A stretch of 64,000 nucleotides of DNA from NCBI GenBank assembly GCA_964270895.1, contig OZ185437.1, one strand, 5' to 3'. The position numbers and the translations under genes were made by a program. Position 1 is the first letter of the stretch. Every line of letters starts with the position of its first letter. The notes under the pieces are model-generated. The model worked only from the letters and a program-made list of their open reading frames with translations. It ran no database searches and was not told the origin of the DNA. Shown in pieces: positions 13,293 to 27,012 of this stretch. Origin of the DNA: Podarcis filfolensis. Its lineage: Eukaryota.

Positions 13293-13799
13293 TTTTTTTT
13301 TGTTTAGTCGTTTAGTCATGTCCGACTCTTCGTGTCCAACTCTTTGTGACCCCATGGACCAGAGCACGCCAGGCACTTCTGTCTTCCACTGCCTCCTGCA
13401 GTTTGGTCAGACTCATGCTGGTAGCTTCGAGAACACTATCCAACCATCTCGTCCTCTGTCGTCCCCTTCTCCTTATGTCCTCAATCTTTCCCAACATCAG
13501 GGTCTTTTCCAGGGAGTCTTCTCTTCTCATGAGGTGGCCAAAGTATTGGAGCCTCAGCTTCACGATCTGTCCTTCCAGTGAGCACTCAGGGCTGATTTCC
13601 TTAAGAATGGATAGGTTTGATCTTCTTGCAGTCCATGGGACTCTCAAGAGTCTCCTCCAGCACCATAATTCAAAAGCATCAATTCTTCGGCAATCAGCCT
13701 TCTTTATGGTCCAGCTCTCACTTCCGTACATCACTACTGGGAAAACCATGGCTTTAACTATACGGACCTTTGTTGGCAAGGTGATGTCTCTACTTTTTA
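13293..13799 (-). mobile_element. 5'-truncated RTE-BovB LINE (ORF2 C-terminus and 3' tail)
   Basis: Minus frame LKSRDITLPTKVRIVKAMVFPVVMYGSESWTIKK...FELWCWRRLLRVPWTARRSN...YFGHLMRREDSLEKTLMLGKIE is the classic BovB ORF2 end; 9-bp TSD atggggaat at 13284-13292 and 13800-13808. Confidence 0.95.
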
Positions 13800-14265
13800 A
13801 TGGGGAATACCATATAGCTATAAACAAACACAGGTCTTTACTGTGGACACCCTTTCCACACAGTGGCACAATAAGGGTAGGACCTTCGTTTGTCCTTATC
13901 TTACCACTTGTGGTTTGGGAAAAACAAACCAGGAGCTTGGTTTAGGATAACATGACAATTGAGATGGTGCCTTGATTTGTCCTTGGCATGACAGAAGCAG
14001 GAGCACAGGAACAGCACCACAGGAACTCATTCACATTAAGCCATAGTTTGTTTTAAATTCTGGCAGCTGACTGCTTTATATCCATTTCCTAATGAAGCAA
14101 CTGAATATGTCTTCTCCTAAGAAACATGGCCTGCAGATATGCAATAAGCCAGGAGCAGCTACTTCACGAGTTCTGAAAAATACAAGTTGTGTTCTGCTTC
14201 GAAACAATTCAAGTTTAATGTACTTCAGCAGCAGAGCACCAGCTGAGAGGATTACACTTTGGATT

Positions 14266-14428
14266 TTTAAAGTGTATTATTGTTATCGCCTGCCCTTCAC
14301 CAGCTGGTCCAGCTGTTGCAAGAATCTAAAATTCAGAATTAAAAAGTTAAAGCAGATCAGTGTCCACAGGGACAGGGTGGGACCTGAAAACAAACACCCT
14401 AGGTATCAAAGAACAAGGTAAAGAGGTG
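14266..14428 (-). mobile_element. L2-type LINE 3' end (second copy of the 6591 family)
   Basis: Shares gcccttcaccagctggtcc, aaaattcagaattaaaaa and gggtgggacctgaaaacaaa with 6640-6792. Confidence 0.6.
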
Positions 14429-14540
14429 AAAACTAGCAGTCTGATATTTTCCCACACAATGACGGGAAATACTATAACAAAAAATAAATAAATAAAATCT
14501 GCCTATTCGGTGAGTTTGGACCCAGTGGTATACTCTAGGA

Positions 14541-14676
14541 CAGTGGTGGCCAAACTTGGCTCTCCAGCTGTTTTGGAACTACAACTCCCATTATCCCTAG
14601 CTAACAGAACCAATGGTCAGGGATGATGGGAATTGTAGTCCCAAAACAGCTGGAGGGCAAAGTTTGGCCACCACTG
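14541..14676. mobile_element. hAT MITE, 136 bp
   Basis: TIR cagtggtggccaaactt / aagtttggccaccactg (perfect); 8-bp TSD ctctagga / gtctagga (7/8). Confidence 0.92.
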
Positions 14677-14866
14677 GTCTAGGAGGACTTTGCAGCAGAG
14701 GCCCTCCTCAGTAAAATTAGCAATGGGGAAAGCATGTACAGGACTGGCTTGCTACATTTTGAAATAAGTGAAGTAACACAAGTTACCATGTAAAGGGAGT
14801 GTCCTCTCCCCAGACCATTTGGAGTGCGTGATGTAATGTATGTTATCAACTAAACAGCCCCTCTGC

Positions 14867-15002
14867 CATGGGCGTAGCCAGGATTTTTGTTGGGGAGCAG
14901 GCCTTTTGTTGTGGTGGGGCAGAACCTCAATTAGCTATGTATTTTTATTGATTTTTATTAATTTGGGGAGCAGCTGCCCCCACCCCCTTGGCTATGCCCA
15001 TG
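14867..15002. mobile_element. hAT-like MITE
   Basis: TIR catgggcgtagcca / tggctatgcccatg (13/14); flanks ccctctgc / ctccctgc (6/8, decayed TSD). Confidence 0.65.
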
Positions 15003-15869
15003 CTCCCTGCCTGCCTTGCACACATGCACACACACCTCTGGTGATCCCTCTTTAAGAGGCTTGTTATGTTTTGGAGGGAAACTCTTTGGGTGGTTTATGC
15101 AGGAATGTGAACCCTCTGCCAGAAGCAGGTGGGAGTTGCATGTGTGGGAGCCAGCACAGAACAGGGCCATGATAAAATCAACGCTAAAACTGCCCTCCAA
15201 TTATAAAATAAACGAAACATTATATTGAAGAAATCTGATCTCTGTCTTTATTTGTGCACCTGAAAGGACATCACAAAGGCCACTTGAAGTAAAGCCATAA
15301 ATCTGCTTTCTTTTTCAGAGAAAGGACATTTCAGAGAAAGGATAAAAACATTTTAATTTTAGATGCCTTTGAGGGGAAGGTATGTGCCTTTTAACTGGCA
15401 AATGGGACATTTGCTGCTATATTAGCTACATGACTTTTGTTATCTATTTAAAGCTTTTTGTTCATTATGGTTTATTGATGAGTTTTATTTGTGCTTTTGG
15501 CTGTTGCTACGTGTTATAGCGTAAACCAGCCCAAGAATTCTAATAAAGACAATCTGGTGGTATTTAAAACATAGTCTCAAAATAAATACGTAAAAGATCA
15601 TGTTTTTCAGATGGATGTTACATTGAGAAAGCACCTTGCAGGATTCTGTCAGGGGGTCGTGCAAACAGTCTTTGGCAGGGCAGAGAATTCTCGCTACAAG
15701 CAAAGCAGAAATCATAGTTTGGCTAAAGGGTATTCATGCTGAGGTCATGCAATGGTCAGGTTGCATCCTGTTTTGCGAACTATTGCCGCTAATGATGTTT
15801 AAAAGCACATTAAGTAAATCCATGTATAATAACAAACCCAGAGGGAGACTGGGCTACATAACACATAAA

Positions 15870-16070
15870 GTATAGAAAAACAAATGGAAGCAGACTTAAA
15901 GGGATTGGACAAATAGCAGGAATTAACCAAATGAGATTCAACCTGGAAAAATTCAAGCTAATACATTTAGGAGGAAATAGCACATCTAGGCAACTGGACA
16001 CTAATGCTTTGAGGGCAGCATTTTCTCCACTGATAAAAGGATCTCGTTAAGCTACAGACTTGTTCCAACT
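15870..16070 (+). mobile_element. Decayed CR1 LINE ORF2 fragment
   Basis: Frame NQMRFNLEKFKLIHLGGN matches the CR1 post-RT motif MxFNxxKCKxxHLGxxN; interrupted by stops. Confidence 0.55.
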
Positions 16071-16491
16071 CATAATGGACATTAAAAAAAGAAAAGAAAT
16101 TACCAGTTCTGTCTAGAATTTGCCTACAAGGCTTAGTGGGGAAGACTGGATGTATGTCTGAATTTTATCCTATAAAGCCTTGACCCACTTCACATGGCTT
16201 TGTTGACTTACGAGGGGTTTTTTTTTGGGGGGGGGGGTGAAACACACACACCAATTGGCCCTGGTGCTCATAGTGCTTGATAGTGTGGAGCAGGAGCATT
16301 ACCATGTTCTTCAGGTTCCTGGGGAGGCCGGTGAGTTTAAGGACCAGGAAAGAGATAAAGGGTTTTTCTCTCTCCTCCTCCTGCCCCTACTCCAGTCATA
16401 TATAGCATTAGAGGTTTTACAGGTGCAAACGTTAGTATTTTACAGTGCATCTGGAACTTCTCTCAGTTGTAGACAGGATTGGAAGAGACAT

Positions 16492-16771
16492 TTAAAAAGG
16501 TAAAAGACACCTGACAGTTAAGTCCAGTCACAGAAGACTCTGGGGTTGCAGAGCTCATCTCGCTTTACAGGCCGAGGGAGCCGGTGTTTGTCCACAGAGC
16601 AGCGCACAGAAATGCCATTTACCTTCCTGCCAGAGCGGTACCTATTTATCTGCTTGCTTTTTTGGCGTGCTTTCAAACTGCAACAGGAGCTCACCCTGTC
16701 ATGGGGATTCGAACCGCCAACCTTCTGATCAGCAAACCCAAGAGGCCCAGTGGTTTAGACCACAGCGTCCC
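16492..16771 (-). mobile_element. Sauria SINE (tRNA head, BovB-related tail)
   Basis: Reverse B box ggattcgaacc at 16705-16715; diagnostic tail aaaggtaaaagacacctgacagttaagtccagtc; TSD tggaagagacat (16480-91) / tggaagagtcat (16772-83). Confidence 0.92.
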
Positions 16772-16836
16772 TGGAAGAGTCATACAAACCTGTTAATTCT
16801 TTCCACAGGTAAAGGGGGCACCACAAGTATGAGAGA

Positions 16837-16862
16837 CTGCTGCTGCTGCTGCTGCTGCTGCT
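16837..16862. repeat. (CTG)8 trinucleotide repeat
   Basis: Direct reading. Confidence 0.95.
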
Positions 16863-17641
16863 AGCCTTTCCCCTATTGAGCTTGGGATGCTTACCTGGAT
16901 AGGCTTTCCGAGAATGAGGAACTCCAATCACACAGGGTTTCCTATCCCATGGAAGCCTACGCATGCAGTTTTGCCACAGGGCCCCACTCAGCAGGAGCAG
17001 GACAGCCCCACAAACAGCAAGGCTGACTAACACATTTTAATGCAAGTGGGGGAAATGCATACTGCATTACTATCTAAAGAGAGGGTTCCTGTGAGACCAT
17101 TAAGTCTGAAACCTATATGGCTCTCTTTTGCAGACGTCCAGACATGGACAGCTTAATGCCAGAGGCAAGGCAAATAGTGTAGCCCTCACACCTTGTGAGT
17201 TACAATGCTTCCCTTCTGTTTTCAAAGTAGTAGCCTCAGTTTAGGGTGTATGTACACATTTAAAGTCCATTCCAGGCAGCACAACACAAGCAGGGAACAC
17301 TTCCCCTTCCTTTGTTTAATAATCTGAAGGTTTACTTAAGGCAAAAATGTGTGCCATATATCATTTGCAGAGTTCAATGAAAGCAAATGTATAGAATTAT
17401 ATAGTATTGTTTCTTCTGCCCAAGCAGCTTGTATTCTCAGGCAAGCTTTCCTTTCAAATTCTTCCAATTTCAGCTCTCAAGACTCCATAAAATGCAATTA
17501 TGGAATTATATCTGCTGATAATGTGCTTGTGTCCAGTGCAGTTGGATCTACCCTAATGCAAAAGAAATTACTTTTAAAAGATAATTGCTAGGCACAGTAA
17601 AATGATTGTACTTAACCCTAGTTTGTACAGAAGCTACATGA

Positions 17642-17794
17642 NNNNNNNNNNNNNNNNNNNNNNNNNNNNNNNNNNNNNNNNNNNNNNNNNNNNNNNNNNN
17701 NNNNNNNNNNNNNNNNNNNNNNNNNNNNNNNNNNNNNNNNNNNNNNNNNNNNNNNNNNNNNNNNNNNNNNNNNNNNNNNNNNNNNNNNNNNNNN
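17642..17794. other. Assembly gap (153 N)
   Basis: Run of N. Confidence 0.99.
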
Positions 17795-20134
17795 CTGCAC
17801 AACCTGTCCATTTTCTTATAAACTGGTTTATCCAAGTACTCTCATGGGGGCATGGAAAATTCAGAATGAGTTACATTTGTCACCAATCCTTATCCTATAG
17901 GACAGGCATGCAAGTCTAACTGAGCAAGTGTTTTTGTTTTGATTATTATTATTATTCAGTTAATAAGAGGGTGCTACCTTCTGTTTCTTGCGAAGTGTTG
18001 CCTACCTTGCCTTTACATCCATCAGAAGTGCTATCGATTTTTAAAATGTCCTTTATTTTCTTTTTTACCTATTCAAATATTTATAACCCACCTTACATCA
18101 AGTGATCTCCTGGCAGAATACAACAGTGAAGCACAAAATAAACCAATGTAGGGGTCCTTCTCTGGAACCAAGGCTTGCACCTTGTTCTCATCTCCCACAT
18201 AGCTGTCCTAGGAGTGAGTGCTCCTTCTGCTGCAATAATGGGAAAGGGCAGACAAGATATGGCGCCATGGCAGAAACCCAGCTGGCTAGCAGCAAGCACA
18301 GCAAATAGAGAAGCCTCAACGATGGGAAAGAAAACAAATAAATAAGGCAATACCTTGGCTTCTTACTATAATACTACTCAGCAGCAAATTAATTATTCAT
18401 TATGACATATTTACTTATGGCTTTTATATTAAACTGCAAATTACACATTGAAGGTCATTGGGAAAAAGCAGAGGGCCCACCTCTGTGGCCGAAGGGTGGA
18501 GAAAAACGAGCCCCAGGCAAAAAGTCATGGAGCTGCCCAAATAAATATTGCCGCTTCTCAAGATTGAGAAAGCACAGTGGCCATATAGAGAGCCCACCAT
18601 GTGTGACAATGAGATGAAAAAGTAAAACCCTAATAGCTTTTCCAGCATGAAGATTAGAATGACCATGCTTCTTCATCTGCATAAATATACCTGGGGGAGA
18701 AGGTTGACTGCTACTGGAAACCTAGGTGTGTGGAGGGGAGGCAAAATAGTGTTACAGACATCGTGTCTCAGAGAGGGTGCAGAATATGGGTCAGCCTAGA
18801 CAAAGCTCCTATGCTCTTTAATACAGTACTAAAATGGTACAAGGGTATTTAATTTGGACATGAAAACAATCAGGCAGGGTCTTAGAAAACTCGCAGCATG
18901 CAGTATGCAAAATGTAGTTTGAGAATTAATCTAGGGAAATACAAGGAAGGACAGTAAAGCAAACCATAAACAATAAGGCAACAGTTTTATTTGGACAAGA
19001 CACGCTATGTGCTAGGAAGGATGGATTTGTGTGTGTGTTCTTTGCATTGCTTTCTGCAGTTATCTCCTGTACAAAAAATTGTACTACAAATAGCTTTTGC
19101 TCCCAGTGTTTACTTTGTCCACGAGCTTTGTGGTTCAGATCTTCACACAGGCTGAAACAGGACATTACATTGCTTGACTTTTAAACAAAGATTGCTTCAT
19201 AGCTTTATAAAATTATCTTGTTAAAAGATACTTTTCCTTAACAATATTGTGGATCAACTGAGATTCTTCCATGGTGGCTGGAAATAGTTTGATTTCTCCA
19301 CTTACCACTTTTCAATTAGTTTTTTTACCATTATGAAATAACACATTATTTTGCCACAACTTAGGCACAAAAGCAACTCAAGCCAAGCAATAAATTCAGG
19401 GGGCCAAACACCTTTAAAATTCTACTTAGGCTGCATTCCTGTGCCCACTTGCCTAGGAGTAAGCACCGCTGAACTCAATGAGATCTGTTTCTAATGAAGC
19501 CTGATAAATTGCACAACTAATGTTCTAAAATAGCCACAGCCAATTGTCCTAACCTTATTCATATTCAGACAAGAATATACATGCACGAAAGAAGACTGTG
19601 ATGGCCAGTAGGGAAACAGAGTCCTAACATGGCAGAATAGACTCTATGATGTTCCAATTGCAAGTGGAGCACCACATTTTTAATGCTTCTGTCCACAAAA
19701 AAATAAACACAGCTCTGTGTGAAGATCTATTGCGGGGGGAGCCCTTGGGGAGGCGCAGAGGGGAAGTGAGGAAACATTTGAAGTGCTACCCTCACCTTCA
19801 CCTGCAGTCTGAAGGTGGTACAGTCCACAAGATTCTACCACCTCTCTCACCTTCATGCATATAACCAGACTGCATACCAACATTTCGACATAGCTGAGAG
19901 TCGCAACATACATGTCGTTCTCACTACCAACATCCAGCTACTTCTGCAATCCTCCTCTTAGTGGACATCAAACTGGTCCTGCCATGAGGCAGAGTGAGAA
20001 AGCAGGTGCTGGTAAGTAGGGAGCACGTCACCAGTGGCAGACTCTGGGGCATGTCTCCTGAATCCCTTGACCAGCCCCTTCAGTTGGAGGACAAAACTAT
20101 GTGGGCCACACAGCTTGCCCTGCACCCCTTAAGC

Positions 20135-20270
20135 CGGGCATCCCCAAACTTGCCCCTCCAGCTGTTTTGGGACTACAACTCCTATCATCCCTAACTAACA
20201 GGACCAGTGGTCAGGGCTGATGGGAATTGTAGTCCCAAAATAGCTGGAGGGCCGAGTTTGGAGATGCCTG
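20135..20270. mobile_element. hAT MITE, 136 bp
   Basis: TIR cgggcatccccaaact / agtttggagatgcctg; perfect 8-bp TSD ccttaagc (20127-34, 20271-78). Confidence 0.93.
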
Positions 20271-21341
20271 CCTTAAGCAGCTCTTTTCAAAAGCTAAGTA
20301 GTAGTCCCCTGTTTAATCATTCAAACCAGGGGTGCTTACATACTTAAAAAAAAAATGATAAAAAATGCTATCATCCCAGGTGAGCGTTGTCAAGATTGCA
20401 AGATTGCTTTAGGGCATCAAACAGAACCAACTTTAGTCCTCTTCAGACACGCTCACATAACTAGGAACAGAACACCCGCAAAACAAGGAATAAAAAAATA
20501 GCAGTTCTAATGCCTTTCACTGATATTTCTATACAAAGAAAGCATTCTAAGAAGGAAGATTATTCCTACTACCTTTAAAGTAATTACTAGCATCATAGTA
20601 ACGGGATGACAACATGAACCATAAGCCGATAACACTTTTAAAGGAAAGGGGGGAAAACCGCACTGCTGATCTCTACATACTTCTGTGAACAGAGCTGTTC
20701 TTGTTTTGTTTTTTAAATAATTACACTAACCGATTTAGGCCTAATGATGTTTATCCTAAAAAGCAAGGGCAGAATTAAGCACAGCTGATGTGTTGTTAAC
20801 CATTATTGAAAGTAATCATATATTCTCTGTGGCCAAAGCCTTTTCTGGCAGCAGCCTCTCTGCGGATTTATCATTAACATCTACATCTAATACTCCTAAA
20901 TAATTCAGAACACCTTTCAGCCTTATGCCCTTGCCTGCCTACCCAGAAACCTCTTTCGCTATTTACATTACATCCAAGTGAAAATACAAAATGTGACTGT
21001 TTGTTTGTTTTTACTTCTACTACTATTACTTTGTAGAGGTGCAAGCACTTCTCTCTCTTTTAAACATGGATTACTCCCTGCCCCCACCCCAAAAGGTATT
21101 TATTAAATCTCTAAATTTAGAAAATTACCCAGAGTTAGAAGCATGTGGTCTCAGATTCTTATGCAAATTCCCCTTTAATAATCCTAATGCAAGCAACCCT
21201 CCAATCAGAAGAATGCTGTCCCATCCCTGATACCTGATGCCAGCTTTCTGGTAATGTAGGCCACTGAAGCAAATCCAGAGAGATTGAGTTGGAAGACGGA
21301 GGAGCATCTGAGATTCATTTGGTTACTGTGCTACCTCGCTA

Positions 21342-21373
21342 TCTCTCTCTCTCTCCCTCCCTCTCTCTCTCTC
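21342..21373. repeat. Interrupted (CT)n tract ~150 bp upstream of the SMIM28 start
   Basis: Direct reading. Confidence 0.9.
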
Positions 21374-21495
21374 GTTGTTGCTTCCACCCAGGAAGAATTT
21401 CAAAATGGGTTTTAGCTGAGACATTTCCAGCTGTGTCAAGAGTAAGGAGAAGGGGCACCGTTTAAGAGAGACCAAAAAGAAAGGACCTAAACTGA

Positions 21496-21687
<192 letters not shown>

Positions 21688-23905
21688 TAAGGGAGATGAC
21701 TAAAAGACAGTTTTGATAGAATATGGACCATGTAATATCAGATAAGCTGACTTTCAAGGGTGGGGAGATGCAATCTTCATTTTATTCTCTGTTCTAGGGC
21801 CTCGTTTTTCTGTTCAACAACTTGAGAGAAAAGGGCATTATGTAGACAGAGATGCTAAAAGTTTAGTCCAAAACTGATAATGGGTTACAAAATGAGATAA
21901 TTGTTCTTTCATCTGTCGTTTTCTTTCAAAATGCATCCCTCCTTGTCTCTCCTCCCACCCCAAATCTCTCTCTATCTCCCTTCATCGGGTCTCTGCAAAC
22001 CCTTCCACAGATGTTAGACTGAAGTGCTGAACTCTTATTCTCTAAGCTGTGCAAATTACTTCACAGAGTGTAGGGAACTGGCAAGGGGAGGGAGCGGGAG
22101 ACGCCTGTCAGAAATGAAAACACTGCCCTGAATGTAAAGAGGGAGAGTTCATAGATAATGAAAGAGACTTAAAAGGTCACGTTTAGCCCTGGAGTAAATT
22201 AATATCCAAGGATAAACATTTAATACAGAAGAAATAACTTTGTCCACACTCCCTATAGAAGGTACTAACCATGCTGAATAAATAAATCTGTCTTAGACCA
22301 GCATGTCTGAAATTAAGTCAATTAGCAGTGCAATCCTATGCATGCCTACTCAGAAGTAAGTCCCACTGAGTAGATCCATTTGTGACAGGACCAAAACAAT
22401 AGATTGTATATGACAATAAACTGATTTCTGCTGCTATCGCCTCAACCAAAACACCCCTCAGTTAAATGCAAATATTCAATAAGTGGTGTTTTCTAGGCTC
22501 GTTCACATATCCATTTGTTTTTCATTCACCAACACTTGATTCCATTCACTTGGTGGAACTTTTGAAATATATTGTGTACTTAGTACTTTTGAAATATATT
22601 GGGTCTGAGTTGCCACTGAATGATACAGAACCTCTGCCTGTGGTGATAAATATGTGACAATTCATGAGCATACTCACATCATTTACCTGATGCGAAAGTC
22701 AATGAGATTTATGAATGTGCATATGTGGACTGGACCTCTGTTAAAAGTCACATCACATTAAATCTTGCCCTTTGCATACACAAATCATTCCTGCTTTTGA
22801 ATGAAACAATTTCCGCTTTACGCACAATTCTGCTTTTAATTATTAATTCCAAGTGGAACTAGCCCCCTACTCACAGTGGTCACACAAGCAGATTTTTTTT
22901 CAGAGGAAAAACTAGTTAACAAAGAAATAAAATTGTTTTTCTTACCTCCATAACAGGACTAATACATTCATGAATGTGTAGAACAACTTGCAAAAGCAGA
23001 GAGTCCCATGCAGACTTGGGGATAAGCACACTATATAATATGGTATCTGAATTCTTACCCTCTCCCCTCACTGAAAGTGCACCCTACCCATTCATTAGCT
23101 TAGGAGTTCCCATTAGAGAAAAGTTTGAATTGCATGTGTTTTTAGTTTGTCACTTCTGAGTATTACATAATACGTAGAATTATAATTCTGTGACCAGCTA
23201 ATAGCTCCTAGTCTCTATATATTTCCATACCTAGGGGTGGTAGAGTAATTCAGTTGCAAATTTGCACTTCCCAAAACAATACATGTACCAAAATATGTTG
23301 TCCTTTGAAATTTGCACTTCTCAGAATTTTGCAATACAGTTCTCCAGTCAAAAATGTGCACGAAACACTGTACCTTAGGGAAACATGTGCATAAAACCAC
23401 GTGTTCATAAAAATAACACACAGCATGTGTTATGTTACGGAAAATTTCTTGCAAAAATGTGCTTATTAGGAAAAAAAATTGCACAAAAATGCTGACAAAT
23501 TTTCTTGAGGGTTTTCTTTTTAAAAAAAGCAATGCAGAAAAGTGGTAAACTGAACTTGAGGCTGGAAAAAGGAAAAACTGAGAGAAACAATAATTGGCAG
23601 CTAGCCTGTTCCTAACTGTAATTAAGTCCAAGTATGCATTATTGAAATAATAAAATATTATTCCCTTGCCTACCCCTGCCTCCATTTTCCTCCTCTTCCT
23701 CTGTTGTTTCCCTGTGCCTGTTTTAGATTATAAACCTCTGCCACATATGTTCTTTGTAAAGTACTATGTACAGAGATGGCACTATATCAATAGATAATAT
23801 TAGGAAATTGGGCAATTCAGCTTATTCTACCAAAATGACATGTCTCTTATCGCTGATATATTTTCCCCAAATTATTTTGTCAACCAAAAAGCATAACCAA
23901 AGTAT

Positions 23906-23995
23906 CATAGCTGTCAACTTTTCTCTTTTTTTAAGGGAAATTCCCTTATTCCGAATAGGATTCCTCACAATAAAAGGGAAAAGTTGACAGCTACG
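23906..23995. mobile_element. 90-bp hAT MITE in SMIM28 intron
   Basis: TIR catagctgtcaacttttc / gaaaagttgacagctacg (17/18); perfect 8-bp TSD caaagtat (23898-905, 23996-24003). Confidence 0.92.
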
Positions 23996-26137
23996 CAAAG
24001 TATTAGGAGGGGTGCCTGATGTAAAATAAAGAAAGCACAAAATGATAAGATTTGGTTCATGAAAGAGAACCTAGGTTAAAAACCCAGGCAATTTTATTTT
24101 TTTTAAGAAGTGAAAGATATTTGAGAAAGGTATTGCTTCTCTTAGTGTACATGCACATTTCTTTTTCCACAGCGTCACATATGATTTTGTAGAGTTGTGA
24201 AAAATACAAAAGCCTGCAAATGTTCACTAAAATCTATTTACCAGAGTTCTTAAGTGGAATGAGTGTACTTATCGCACTCCACACAGTGATTTCCCCCTCC
24301 CCACTCTGTCTGAAAAAAATATGATCTGTCTCCAGCCTCCATTATATCAGCCTCCCAAAAGCAACATTTTCAGTCATCAGCACGCTGCCTATGATAAAGT
24401 TTTCTGCATCTATAAAGCATACAATATTCAAACACATCTGACGACTCATATTGAAAATCTATGCAACAAATGCTTTCACTGCTCCCGCATTTGGAAATAT
24501 TGATTCTGCTTTCCCTAGTGAGGTATAAAAAAACAGAGGGTAGAAGGCGCACTTAAGAGTCATTTGGAATGCATCCTGTTTGTGATTCAGCCATTAGGCT
24601 GCAATTTGTACTAAAATGGAATGGAAGAGAAAAGTCACAGCTTTCCTTTATCCCATCCACCACTCCCCACTACCACCAACCATATTATAAAGCCTTTATT
24701 TTAAGGAAAACTGTAATTGATCTCACAATTCATTGTGCCAGTTATTTACTACTTCTTTTTTTGCAATTTCGTGGTATTACAATGTGCTATAAATGTTGAA
24801 CATGGATCAGGTGGGGATGCCCATCTCATACTTTTAATTGAAGCCTTTTAAAACTCCCACTTCCTTCACCATGACCCAAGGCCAAAGGTTTCTTCATCAC
24901 AGCTTTGCTATCTCTGCTTCATTCTTGGTGCATAATAAAATTTGGTGGGCACCAAACCTTAAATCAATATTAATTTCATTATTCTGCTATTTCTATAAAT
25001 TTCCCATAAATGATAATTAAAATGAGTGTGATTTTACTTCATTGTATGTGTGTTTTTAACTGAGTCTATAGCAAATGAGTCTATAGCACTTTACTCAAAA
25101 ACAACCATGAGCACTAGTTTTCCCCTCTCTATATTGAGTTCTTAGTGCAATGTGGGAATGTTCATGCTCAGTGCTATTTTTCTAGAAAAAGAGGTGCTAG
25201 AACTGTTCTTGAATGCCTCCCTTGTTCTCTTACAATGGCAATTGCACCCACCTGAGAGGTGTCGGAACTGAGTTCCAGCTGAAAAAAAGCCCCGTTCATG
25301 CTGTCTTGATTTCATGATGCGTAAGTGCAAAAGGTACTCTGATAGCAAGGAGAAGACTTTCCTTCTTAGTGCACATTGTGCATATTTGATACAATACTGC
25401 AATAGAACTCCAAAAGAAATTACACACACACGATAAAGATATCTGTGTGCTGCCTTGACCTAGGAATGAATGTCCTGAATATATGCTTTGAAAAGGAATG
25501 AGCACTCGTGTGTTTACCATGTGCACACACAACAGGAAGCTGTGACTGGCTTCCTATCACATGCACTGCAGACACAGCTGCATTCATCATAGGTAATATT
25601 GTGTATATTTTCTCATATGGAATTGACAATCAGGCACTGGGCATACCAAATGCTATCAATTGGTTTTTGAAGGCATGACATTTGTTCGAATGGAATGTGC
25701 ACTTAGACACAACCAATGTATTCTAGAGTGCTAGCACAGACTTGTTTCTATATATGGGAAGGAAAGCAATGCAAAAGCAGCTGAACTTATATACATGTCA
25801 TGACGCTTAGGGGTTGTGGTCTAAGATTATTGTGCAGCAACAAATGCGAGGAGAAACATCAATAGCATCCTTCACCCAGACTATATATCTTCCCTGGTCT
25901 TTCCTTAACCCACCCTCATTCAGTTTATTACATACAAGATCATCAACAATTATCCCTCCTGTTTTTTAAGCCACATTGCTATCCTTCAAAATTATTTCCA
26001 AATGCCTCTTCCTCTGCGACCTGACTTTCCTCTAAGTTTATGTCACTTACTGTCAGTCTCTCTATGCCTTATTTCATTGGTCACTAAGTTTTCTCAGCAA
26101 CCACTGCATCACCTCTATGTTCTGCACTCTGATAGTA

Positions 26138-26364
26138 CAGTGGTACCTCGGGGTTACATACGCTTCAGGTTACAGACTCCGCTAACCCAGAAATATTACC
26201 TTGGGTTAAGAACTTTGCTTCAGGATGAGAACAGAAATTATGCAGCGGCAGTGCAGCGGCAGCAGGAGGCCCCATTAGCTAAAGTGGTGCTTCAGGTTAA
26301 GAACAGTTTCAGGTTAAGAACAGACCTCCAGAACGAATTAAGTTCTTAACCTGAGGTACCACTG
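26138..26364. mobile_element. Tc1/mariner-superfamily MITE
   Basis: TIR cagtggtacctcggggtta / taacctgaggtaccactg; TA on both flanks; internal repeats of ttcaggtta(a/c). Confidence 0.9.
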
Positions 26365-26746
26365 TACTAAATACCAGGAGGTACTGCCTACAGGAGGATT
26401 GCCGGTTGCTGAGCATTAATGGAAAACCAAAGCAGTTTGGGACCATTTGCCCTGACAAGTATCCTCAATGTGACTCCTCTCAGCCAGAAAGGTTGTTTAG
26501 GCGAGTGTGAGCTGGCATTCTGAGGATAGACAGAATTCTATTCTGTTCTGTGGACAGGTCAGGTACTCTGGAACACCCTCCCAACAGTAGGTGTGCATTC
26601 ACAGAATACTGGCGTCCTTGTCAGACATCAACACACATGTCCTGTACCAGGACTGACTGAGAGGAATGGTGTAGATGACTTGTCATGGTCAGATCACTTC
26701 CTGTTGGGATTTAGGCTTTCGGCACCCTTTCCCCCCAGCAGAGGTG

Positions 26747-27012
26747 CAGAGCCGTAGCTAGGTGATCTTGCACCCCTGGCAGAACCGTCCAGATTGCGCC
26801 CCCTTGCCACAGACAAATTAGCTCTTCTTTCCACCTCTCCTCCAACCCCAACCCCCTTCCACCCATTCAATTCACCCTCTATTTAAAACCATTTCCTATG
26901 AAGCAATAATCAATATTTATCTTTATGGACATATTTTAAGCCAATTTTGCGCCCCCCCATTGCCTGCACCCCTGGCAGGGGTCCACCTCACCACCCCCTA
27001 ACTACGGCTATG
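26747..27012. mobile_element. hAT-like MITE
   Basis: TIR cagagccgtagctagg / cctaactacggctatg (14/16); TSD cagaggtg / cagaagtg (7/8). Confidence 0.8.

Noticed and set aside
13346-13945. 199-aa + strand ORF
   Set aside because: Antisense shadow of the BovB ORF2.
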